A DNA stretch of 64,000 nucleotides from Callorhinchus milii (Eukaryota), in assembly GCF_018977255.1 (NCBI RefSeq), contig NW_024704743.1:32304001-32368000 (forward strand), given 5' to 3'. The translations under genes and the position numbers were made by a program. This document shows positions 39,501 through 51,500 of this stretch, in pieces. The notes beneath the pieces are model-generated. The model saw only the letters and a list, made by a program, of their open reading frames with translations. It was not told the origin of the DNA and searched no databases. Every line of letters starts with the position of its first letter. The first letter of the stretch is position 1.

Positions 39501-42500
39501 TTTGTTTTGGGGCCCTCCAGCACCTCGACCCTTTCCATGGCTATAACCATATCCTTGATTAAAATTGCCACACCCCCTCCTTTTTTTCCTTCTCTATCCC
39601 TCCTGAATACATTATAGCCAGGAATATTCAGCTCCCATTCCTGTCCTTGTTTGAGTCAAGTCTGTTACTGCTACTACATCATATCTCCCTATGACCACTT
39701 GAGCCTGCAGCTCACCAATCTTGTTTGCTAAACTCCGTGCATTTAGGCACATGCACTCCAAGACCGACTTGACCTGCTCTGCACGCCCCCCACCCTGTTT
39801 TATTTCTCTATTTTCTTGCCCTTTGTTTTTTGCATTCCCTTTCCCCCTCAAAACTAGTTTAAACCCTCCCCTACAGCATTAGTTAGCCTGTCTGCAAGGA
39901 CATTCGCCCCAGCCCTGTTTAGATGCAACCCATCCATATGGTACAGGTCCCACCTGCCCTAGGACTGGTCCCAATGATCCAGAAACCTGAAGCCCTTTTT
40001 TCTGGACCATTTCTCCAGCCAAGCATTCATTGCTTGATCCTGCCATTAAGGTATTTATTTGCCCGAGGCACAGGGAGCAATCCAGAGATCACCACCTTGG
40101 ATGTTTTATTCTTTAGTTTGTTCCCCAGCTTTTGATATTCACCCTGCAGCATCTCAGCCCTTTATTTTTTACCAATATCATGGATCCCAACATGGACCAC
40201 CACTTCTGGATGTTCCCCTTTCCCCTGAAGAATTTTATCCACCCGCGATGTCCCCCTGGTTCTGCTGTTGAAAATGACGTCACACCAACGTCACTTTTTT
40301 TTTTTTCCATAGCTCTGACAGTTCCCAGCTTACCTCAGCCGCTCCTTTTATGCTGCTCGCTAGGCCCAGGCTCCTCCTCCACTCTGTCCTGACTCCTCTC
40401 CCCGAATATATACTTATATGCCTGTGTTACTCAGCCCAATGACTCCATGCTGGTCTTGGGGAGCTTGATACATGCAGGAACCAGAACCAGCTGCTTTAAC
40501 TTTCAACTTCTCATGTTTTCACCATGATCTGACTGGGATTTGATCTAAACAAAAGCCTTCTGACCACAAATGCTAGTCAAGTTTCCGTCTTTAGGTGCAT
40601 TCCAAAAAATATGGTGTCATGAGTTGTTTGTACATATCATACAGGCACAACCATCAAAAGGTAAACAACCAACTATGAACGTATGTTTTTGATTTGCACA
40701 ACCCATGTATTGGATGTCTCTTTCTGCAGCAACAAAATCATCTTTTTTTAAATTGAACTCCAAAGGTCTCCCACTCACCAAGTGTGACACATGAGTTACA
40801 GCAAACTGCCTACGCTTTCCGCTTATTGCAAAACATGCCAATGTGGTCATGTTGCATGGGTTTGGTACATAATGCTTGTTGTGCATAGAACAGTGATAAC
40901 ATTGTCATAGAGTATTTTCAAGTGCTTGGTTATAGCTTTTCATGTTTTCTGTTTCTATTAGAAAACAAACAGCAATCATTTGCTCTCCTTTCAAGTTTTA
41001 TTTCTCAGGTTGTGTCAACCACGTGTAAAGCATGTGCACAGAGATAATTCCACGTGTGTTTAATTATGCAATTAGCAACCAATACAGAAATATTGGGAGA
41101 CACGGAAATCCTGTTTGTTGGTTGATTATATAATATTATACACATTTGTATTCAGTTTGCACATGGCTAGCCCAAGCTGGAAAATACACCTTCTGTCTTC
41201 CTCTCTGCTGAACTACAGCAACAGATACCTCTCTGCTCTTTATTGTATTTGGTTTTTCAAACGCATGAATGTTGTATCAAAATCTTTAAAACATACAATG
41301 TTTTAATGTTGTTCTTCCTAAAGACTTTGTTTAAAGTCTAGCATCCATCGCACGTTTCACTTTGATGCACAGAATGGGAATTAAAAAGTGGCATCACATG
41401 GTGTGTTCGTAGTTCAGATCTGGGCTCAATTATGTGGAAATCATTGTTTCGGGCTTAGACCTGAGGAGTGGTTTGGTAAGAGAGCAGAAATGAAAAGGGG
41501 GAAAGACTGACTGGGATCAAGTGCAGAAACCTTCGGTAGCTGGGTTCTACACCAGCCCAGACACCTTGGATTAAAGTCTCCTCTGACTGTTAGCTATCAC
41601 AGGCTTGCACATTCATTCACAAGGCCATGGGATTGAAGGACAAAACTATCTTGAATTCAGAGAGGCTGCAGAGTATCACATGGGACAGTATCAAGTGCTC
41701 TCCTGATCTTTTGGATAAAGTGCAGGCCAGGTGGAATAGAAGCAGCTTTTCCCTGAACTCTACAGTGCTGTACCTGACCTGGAGTCACCGAGTGCTACCA
41801 TTAGATGCTTGAAATAAGGAGCAGTCCATTTCCCAATACTAACACCCCTGGTCTTAACTAGAAACAATTACCTTGGGCTTTGTACAGTAAAAATAATGAA
41901 AGCTTTCATAGCTCTGAGTGAGCAGTTAAGTATGTGATTTATTACCCACTGACAAGACTGCAGTTAAAGAAAAGAGCAATTAAGCCGTGTCCTTATAAGA
42001 TGACTGCTTTTCAGCCCATGCCTATAATGCAAAGAAATGCTTTTAATTTAGGAATAGGCTTTAATTTTTTATATTTCTTAACCTATTTCTTATGAAATGT
42101 GCAATTATTGAATTTGTAAAAAGTCTGCCTATTTTTAGTAATTCGATATCTTATGAAAAATTGATAATTACACATTTATTAAGAAATTTATTCAGAAACA
42201 CCACAAATTAGACACCTTTGTCTATCTACAGGGTGAATCAAAAGTCCTTACTCATAGATCTACGAGATATTCAAAATGCATGTCATGCAGACGTTTAAAC
42301 CTATCAACTCGGTGCAAAAATTTCACAAACACAATGAAAGGCATCTCCTGTAATCACTGTACACTCTCTATGAATTTTGCCTTAAAAAAAATTAATTATT
42401 AAAAACTCTTGAATAAGGACTTCCGATTCACCCTGAATAAACACATGCACGTGTAAGCAGTTAACAGTATTTAGCAGAGAGATCAATAGCTGTGGTTGGT

Positions 42501-45500
42501 AGCTTGGTCCTGTGTAAAATAAAAGTAGGGATGGAAGCTTACAGTATAGGAGTCCATTCAGCCCTTCATGTCTGTGCTGGGCAGTGAGGGGAGGGTGAAG
42601 CAGTTAGGAATAGCCTTCATTTGGAAACTTGAGGGAAACCAGCAGGACCTATCATCAATTGTTGTCAACATCAGTTACAGCACAGAGCAAACGGTTGGTT
42701 ATTGTAGCTTGAAAACCCAGGCTGTCGTGTACAGTTATCCTGGCTGATAAAGTAGTTGAATGCTTTACTCGTGTCTGTCCCTCAGAGAAAGAAGCTTGCT
42801 GAGCCAGTGGAGGCAAGCAGACACTTAACTGAGGTCCATTGGATGCCATCAATAATTGACAGCCAATCCACTTCTAAGCAGTCGTTTCCAGAGACCAGCT
42901 GTCAATTAGACGCTTTATCATTGACTCCATGCACCACAATGATCCCATACAATCAGTTAATGAGTGTGCCAGTGTTCACTGGAGCCCCAGGCTGCAGACT
43001 TGATGTCGAAGACTGGATAAAGGATATGCAGTGGTTGCTGGACACTAGTTCAATGTCTGCAACGCTCCAATTTGCGACTGTCGTGCACCGTCTCGGGGGC
43101 AGAGCAAAGAAATTGGTTCGTGATTTGCCACAAAAGGAGCAAAGTCCTGAGAGGGCTTTTGAGAGACTCCGAGCAGAATACATGGGCTCTGAACTACCAC
43201 TGGATCCCATGACTGAGTTTTATGAAAAATTTAAGCAGCCAAGGGAAATGAAAACCTCATATGCTGTGCATTCGGTATTAAGGACTTTTAAAGCGAGAGT
43301 GAACAGGAAGCGTTCGCCAGCACACAAGGATTTCAAACTGACTTCGCATTTGATGAGTGGTGTGCCTGAGTATGATGTCAATCAGAAACCTCCATCTGTA
43401 AAATCAAGGCTGATGGTATGCAGGACTCAGCCAACAAAGACAGGACAACCAGCATGTGAAAGCCAAGTGTCGTCAAGCCGGAATAAAGAGCCACTGGAAC
43501 TAGCAAATCAGTGCCAGACTATTCTGCACATGCAGAATAGTCATAAATGCTTACAAGATGTGCCTGAGCTAGCTGAGGTTGAACCCTGTTCAGTAGGAGA
43601 CCCTTCGTTAAGTGAGCTGACTCTCTTAGTAAAAGAACTTGCTCTGAAGCAGAAGGATCAATTTGAAAAACTGGAGAAGCTGCAATTTATGATGGGTTTT
43701 GTCGAAAATCCAGCTCCACCTCCTGTACCTCGTCCTTCCAGGAGTGGCACCAAATGCAAAGAAAAATTGGACAAGAGACCCACGCGACCACACAGATGTG
43801 AAGGGCTGCACATCTGTCGCCTCTGCGGAAAGGAAGGCCACATGGCCAAAGAATGCAAGTCAAAGAGGGAGCTTTCTATCGGGGATGAAAAGAAATCATT
43901 CCTGTCCAGTTTTCACCATTGAGACAAGTAAAATTTATATCCGGGGAGAAGTGTAAAAAGGCAAATCCCCATCAAGCAAAATTCACTGATGAACAGTACA
44001 GACATGTTCCAAAATCACAAGCACAGACTAACAGCTTTCATATGTCTATAGTTTTCTGCAATACACAGCAGACTCGACAGGAAGGACTTCAATGAATTGT
44101 GTAGTGCTGCTTCTTAATCTTCAGTATACTCAGATTCTTGAACCACATCTACCAACTGATAAAATGGGTTGGTCGAGTTGAGGACCTCTTGGAGGTAGAG
44201 TGGGGTGAAACTGTGAAGGGAATTAAAGGTGAGAACAAGAATCTTGAACTTGATCTTTTGGGGGATGAGGAGGCAAAAATAATCCACATAATCCTTGCAT
44301 TTGATAAAGCGCCTGATCATGTCTTTGAGATGTCTCAAAGCGCTTCACAGAATTTACTGTAAAGTGAAACAAAAACAGAGAGCTGGGAAAACTCAGCAGG
44401 TCCGGCAGCATTATGGAGAAAGGAAAGTGAGCCAACATTTCGGGTCCACGATCCTTCGTCAGAGACTTTGGTCATGTGGACTTCCTTGGGTGCTGACGAA
44501 GGCTTGTGCACCCGAAACGTTGACTCACTTTCCTTTCTCCATAGATCCTGCCTGACCTGAGTTTTCCCAACTCTTTGTTTTTGTTTCAGATTCCAGCATC
44601 TGCAGTATTTTGTGTTTTGATATTGTAAAGTGAATTGACTGTATATTTTGTGGGAGAAAAGTGGCAGCCAATTGCGCATAGCGGTGTCCCACAAACAGTT
44701 GTGGATTGAGTGAGCAAATTATTATTATTTTCAATGAAGCCAATAATAATAATTTGGTACTCAATCCACGGCTGTTTGTGGGACACTGCTGTTTGCAATA
44801 GGCTGCCCAGTTTTACCCACAAAGTATGCAGAATTCACTTTACAGTATATTCTGTAAAATGAATTCTACAGAACTCCGCTTTGAGATGTCTCAACGATTT
44901 GATAAGCGGTTATATCAAAATCCACGTATTATATATAAGATTACCCAGACCTCTGCAGCCCACAAGGTTACATAGAGGTGGCTATCACCCCCATTCTCAT
45001 TCGGCTTCATTGACTCCCCAGCCTCCAACTCATCAAGTTCAAATCCTTGTTATCACCTTAAATCGCTCCGTGGTCTCACCCCAGCCTATCACCGTAAACC
45101 CCTCAAACCTTACCGAAACTAGCCACTCCCTTCACTTAGCGAGCATTGGCCTACTTCATGTCCCCTGTCCTAGCTGTCGAACCATCGGGCTTTCAGGCTA
45201 TCGGCCCCCTCTCTCTGGAACTCCATCCCAGAGTCCCTTTGACTCGCTCCCTCCCTCACCTCATTCAAGGTCATTTTCAAGAACTGACTCTTTGATCACA
45301 CTTTTGGTCATCTTTTCCCTCCCTTCACTCAGCTCGGGTGTCAAACCAGTATTGTTAAACTCATTGGGATGCCCTTTGGACTAGAAAGGTGCTATATAAA
45401 TGTAAAATTACCTGGTAATGAGTACTGTAAATTTCCTCAGGTTTCTATCAGAAATAGCCAGAATAGTTAACCCATTCATGGGATGAGCAGGTAAAATGTG

Positions 45501-48500
45501 TCTCACTACTGCATTGTAGTGACTTCTCAGTTGTCTGGTCATACATTTGGTAGTAATCCACTGAGGAAGAGAAGTGGAAGTTTGACTGGTGCAAATTGCA
45601 TAATGACAAATGGCAAACCTGCTTAGTGTGTAGTGTAGTGAAAATTGCTGAGGCAAAAATATCAGAAGAAATTAAATCTAGTATGAAATCAAGGCACAGG
45701 TACTATTGTGATGTAAACGTAAGGGCAATTGAATATTCATGATTTGCAAGATGCCCCTATATTGTTTCTCAATTCTCAGGAAATGTATTTATTACACTGG
45801 ATATTCTGGTGCACTGATGGGAAATCATGTGGACAGCATTGAGTTTTGTAATTTGCCCCTAAGGTGGATAGATATTTGTTAGGTCAGGGTATCAAGGGGC
45901 AAATGTGGGTAATTGGAGTTGAGATGCAGATTAGGCATGATCGTACAGTATGGCAGAACAGGCTTGAAGGGCTGAATGGCTGACTCCTGTTCCCATGTCC
46001 CCATACCCCAAAATGAGTGCATTTGGGTGCACTAACCAAAGAATCAGCAGTAAACCTTGCAACCTCAGTGCTGCAGCCTGGACAGCCGGAGTAGTACTCT
46101 CCTCACCAATGCCTCGGAGGCTATTTAAGACACTGAGGGATTTAATTAATAACTCAAATTGGTCTACAAATAAGTGACCCAAAGAGAATTTGAAATGTTG
46201 CACAAGCAGTAGGAATTCTTGGTGTCGTCTAAATCTGGATTCGATCGAGAGAGGATTTTATTTGCTGGAAGTCTATTCTAATTCACTTACAGGGACATGC
46301 TTTTCTGAAAGCTGCACCTTTTTCCAGCATTCCATTTGCTAAAACGGCTAATCCAGTACGATCACCAATGATAATGAAATTAGTGATTATGTGACAATCC
46401 TCCAGCCTTCAAAGGGTCTTTCTGAGAGATGCTGAAATAGTTCATGTGCAAATGAAAGCCAATAACAGGTGGCTGACATTCAGAAAGTTCTGTCAGATGT
46501 ATGAAGTCGTTGGCATCTCCTGGTGGAGGACTGCAACATTCCAGCCCTGGTCAAAATACACTGAACACTTCATTAGCCCAATAATTGGGAACCATGTCAA
46601 CCTATCAAAAGGGAAGGTTACATAAAGACTGTGGCTAATTTACAACTCAATAGGACTGCAGCCCACAACCCTTATGTGCAATTCTATTCAGCGTTAAGCA
46701 AGTGTCCCAGGGTATCAGAGCAACAACTTAAAACGTGGCAGGAATGTAAGAGAGGTTGGGACAAAAGTCTGACCATTTATATAGAGAAATGGGAATATAT
46801 TCAAAGCAATACAAATCAGCAAGTGGATAAAAATTCATTGGGTCATGTTTTGGCACACTATATTGACTGCCTTACCAAATGGAATCTTATTTTGAGTTTG
46901 CCTTTGACCTTAGTTCAGTCTGTTAGTGAGTATGCTGTATGATAATGTTAGTAGCATTTTAAGATGTTCTGATTTGTTCACTGGTTCATATAATACGTTT
47001 CTGCCATGTATCGGGATAAACTGAGGAAGTGACTGAAGTGTGAAACTGACTGCAAACAATGGATGTGTTTAAATATAGAATCCATTTGACCAACTCAAGG
47101 CAATGAAATAAAGAATTTACAATTGCAGAGTGCCTTATCACATCAACCCATCTTAGAGCGGTAATTATTGTCAAGTGGATTGACTGTTAATATTAATTAG
47201 CAGTCAATTGTGGAGTTCTGCAGCTTAGTGGTTAGAGTACTCACCTCGCAAGTGAGAGGACCTGGGTTGATTCCCGGCAGGGCAAAATATTGGGCAAGTT
47301 TCCTTACTCCACACGTCTCTGTTTACCTAACAATAAGTAGGAATCCGGTGGATCGCTTTTCTGGGGGTAATAATCCTTTCGAAGCAATAATAATTTGTTT
47401 ACTCAATCCACAGCTATTTGTGGGATCCTACTGTGTGCAATTGGCTGTCGTGTTTCACCAACAAAATATACAGTCAATTCACTTTACAGGTTATTCTATT
47501 GAAGTGTTTTGAAATGTCTAGAAGACATGATAAGGCATTATATCAAATGCAAGGATTATTATTATATAATGTAGGCAAACACAGCAGCCATTTGCAATAA
47601 GAAGGTCCCACAAACCTCCATGAGGTGAAAAAGAGCGATTCTTTGTATTTTGTTGTTGGGATGCCATGGGATCTTTAGAGTCCACAAGAACTGGAAGAGT
47701 GAAATTCAGTTTAATATCCAAAAGATTATACCTCTAATAAGACACATTCACTCGTAGTATTACATTGACTCGAGTCAGTGTGGACTGTGATCTTAAGTTC
47801 TAATATGGGGATTGAACCCACAATTTTCTGATCTGGAGCTGAGCATCGCCAACTTAGCCAAGGTGCAGCGTGACATCAATGTCCAGGTCCCATATGTATG
47901 CTGAACAATGGGAAGCACACTGTGTACAGAACAACAACAACAAAATTACCTTTGTAATGTGCATTTCACATCGGGTGCTGAACAGTCAGGAGTCAGGATC
48001 CGAGCATGTGGGGGCAGGGTTGGGATGAGGGAAGGCAGAGGGGGTAGGAGAGCGGCTGAAGGCATGGTCGAAAAGGAGGATTTTGAGTCTGCCTTGAAGG
48101 AGGCAAAGGGAGGGAGCAAGGCAAAAGGAATGTGGACGGAGTTCCAAAGGGTGAGGGGCAGAAAGGCTGAAAGCCCGGCCGCCAATGGTAGGGTCGGTCG
48201 GGCGGGAGACATGGAGCAGGCTGGAGCCTGCTGAACAGAGGGAGGTGACAGGTTGATAGGGGGTCAGAGAGGCAGGAGAGGGCAAGGCCGTGGATGACCT
48301 TGAAAGTGAGGACGAGGATTTTGAATTCTATCCACTGAGGGATGGGGAGCCAGTGGAGCCAGGTGGGGGTGATGAGGTCATGGAGCCAGGTGCAGGAGAA
48401 GACATGAGCTGAGTTCTGGATAATCTGCAGCTTGTGAAGGGAAGAGTTGGGGAGGCCGACAAGGAGAGAGTTTCCATAGTCGACCCGTGAGGTGACGAAT

Positions 48501-51500
48501 GCGTGTATGAGAGTTTCAACAACCTGAGGGGTGAGGCATTGGTGGAGTCAGGCAATGTTGTGGAGGTGGGGGAAGGCAGAGAGGGTCATGGCATGGATAT
48601 GGGGAGAAAGGGTAGTTGAGGGTTGAATAAGACGCTCAGGTTCCTGACTGGCTTGGTGAGGTGGTGTGTGCATCCCTGGATGGTGTTGCTGCCATTGCCT
48701 GAAGGGCAGAGGCGCTGATGCAAGCCAATCGGGAGAGCCTCGGTCTTGCTGACATTCAGCTGTAGAAAGTTGGCTCTCATCCAGAACTTGATGTCTGACA
48801 GACAGTCTGTCAGGACATCAGTGGTCCTGGAATTGAGGGTGGAGGCAGAGAGATAGAGTTGAATGTCATCCGCATACATGTGGAAGTTGACCCTATGTCT
48901 GCGGATGATGTCACCAAGAGGGAGCATATAGAAGAGGAGGGGACTGAGGACAGAGCCCTGAGGAACACCGCACAAGACTGTTTGAGGGCTGGAAGCGAAA
49001 CCGTTGGTGGAGACAAATAGGAGACGGTATGAGAGATAAGACCTGAATCTTTCAAGGACCATTCCAAGTACAGAAATAAGAATGAGTGGAAGATGCTGAT
49101 ACCCTCTACCTGAAATTTCTGATCTGGAACAGCCTCAACTTTTCCATTGTTTGCTGCTGCATATGTTTAAACCCAGAAGACATCTGATGCCATGGCACAG
49201 ATTACTTCAATTTTGTTGGAAATACCTAATCATTGCAATCTTCTCAAGACAAACAATCTATATTTTAAATGAAAATCCATCCAACATTACTCCAACCTTC
49301 TTCACAGCATGCCCTACCAAGTTGCTTAGCCGGTCACTTGGTGAGGAACGCTTTTCCTCTCTACTACCAACCCCCACCACTGCCTTCACAGTTTTCTACG
49401 GAAATGTTTTTGTCCCAGTTCATGAAAATGGTTAATTAAAGGAACAGAAGAAATTGAGAACAGACATCAGCTGGAAGTAAAGTGAGACAAATTTGAGTGT
49501 GCAGACCTCAATCTTGGGGTGTTTGCTGTGAAAGGTATGGAAGGCAATACCTAACATCAGCATGTGTGCATGTACATTACAATAGAAAATTAGCAGAGAC
49601 AGCGGAAGCCCAAAAGTCTCATGCTCTCAAGCTTCAGACCATTTTCTTAAAAGATTTAGGATTGTTAAGAATTTTGGCAAGTTCTTAAATTCAGCCTTTT
49701 TTTTAAGAACTGTGGAAAATTGTCTTCTAAATCGAGACTGAATCTAGGAATTTTCTAAAATTATGTACGCTTAAATTTTTAAATCAATGGCTCTCAGGCT
49801 AAGACTTTGAGAGTTTTGGGACAGATGGTACGAAAGAGCAGGCAGTTCCTATTTTCCAGTGATTTGACATAATTAGTATTGCTCAAGGATGGTTTTCTTT
49901 AATTAATGGCTGACATCATTTAGTCTCATTGCTCTGCAGGGAAAGGCAACATGTGGGCATTAGGTAACCAATAATGGTTAAAGAGGAAATGAGGAAGAGG
50001 ATAGTCAGAACAATCTGTGATATGTAGGTTGATTACTGAAACCATCAGAACAGTGTGAGGTAGTAGTAAAGAGAGCACATGGGACCATGGGGTTTATAGT
50101 ACTCCGAGATGTTGTCCTACATGAATGGTGCGATATAAATGCCAGTTTTTGTATGTATGGATAAATAGATAACACACAAGTCCAGCCCCACTTGGAGTAC
50201 TGAGGTCAATTATTGTCGCTATATTACAGAAGGGACATTTTTGGACGGGTGGGATGCAGTGAAAGATAACCAGATTGATGTCTGGAATTAGACATTTGAG
50301 TTACAAGAACATACTTCATAATCTGGGAGTGTTCACAGAGCATTGCAGGAGGGAAATCTCACTGAAGTTTTCAAAATCCTAAAGGGCAGCAGTAAAGTCA
50401 TGATGGATATGTTTAACATAGTGGCAAATTTTACGATAAAGGGACACAAGCTTAGAAGAGAGAAGATGAACGGACAGTTCAGACTTTCAATACTTGCACA
50501 GAGATTGGCGAATATCCATCCACTGGATTGAGGACTATCCAGGGAGGCAGAGAAGCCAGATTGTATCAGGAATGAGGGAATTATATCGTGAAAGAAATCG
50601 CTTAACTTTTAAAAGAATTATTGCATGTTTCTTTTTTACCTTGTGACTGGCCAGATTTATATTCCTAAATGCAAAATAATTTTGAAGCCTTGATGAGGTT
50701 AACAAATAGGTTAATGGTGAGGAAGGCAAGGCAATGTGGAAGCAGTGCTCTCTCTCTCTTTGTGACACACGTTCTGCTTCTTTCCTTCTCAAGTTAGCTC
50801 CACTTACTCTGCTATTCACACTCCATTATTAATAATAATAACAAGCGCTCGGTGACGCTACCAGTGTGAGTGGTGCTACATAAGTGCAAGTCGTTGTTTT
50901 TGCAATAATCATTATTATTCCAAAACACGAAAATTTTCATGCATAGGTGGCATGGTTTGGATGCTCTTTAATGTGGTGATGGGTTTACTCGTGTCGGATA
51001 CCCAGCTGACCAAATAAATTACTCTCCCCTATACCCTTGTACAAATCAAAATCTTTTTCTCTCTTTTCTTTCTGACTCTTTCTGACTTAGTACAATGGAA
51101 GCAAATAGTGTGTATTATATTTGTTCTTAAACTGTTGTTCGTAAACAAAATCTGAAATTAAGTTGTGTTAGACTAATCAGACAAATCTGTTGCACACGCC
51201 TCTTTGAGGCTCTGAAGTGTACAGTGTATTTCTTTAAAAAAGACTATGAAGATTATATGAAATTTAAGCACGAGTCCACTGATTAGCTAGGCACACATTC
51301 ACAGTGCTGAACTTGTGTGAAAGAGTCCATCCGAGATCACAACTCTTTTCTAACCCATGCAGTACAAGTAACAATTTTGTGTGTGGGTTTTTGTGAACTA
51401 TATCTAACTCTGTATGCAAATGCACATCAATTGTGAAAACTAGTGGAAACTACAATATAATATGTTCACAATGGTACTGCTGCACCTTGCATCGAGGCAG

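Noticed and set aside
43915..44110. Possible protease/pol after the Gag (IYIRGEV in a shifted frame)
   Set aside because: The frame closes at once and no D(T/S)G catalytic motif or further pol sequence is visible.
48586..49062. RT ORF as the pol partner of the Gag
   Set aside because: It is a non-LTR L2 RT on the opposite strand, frameshifted, and unrelated to gypsy pol.
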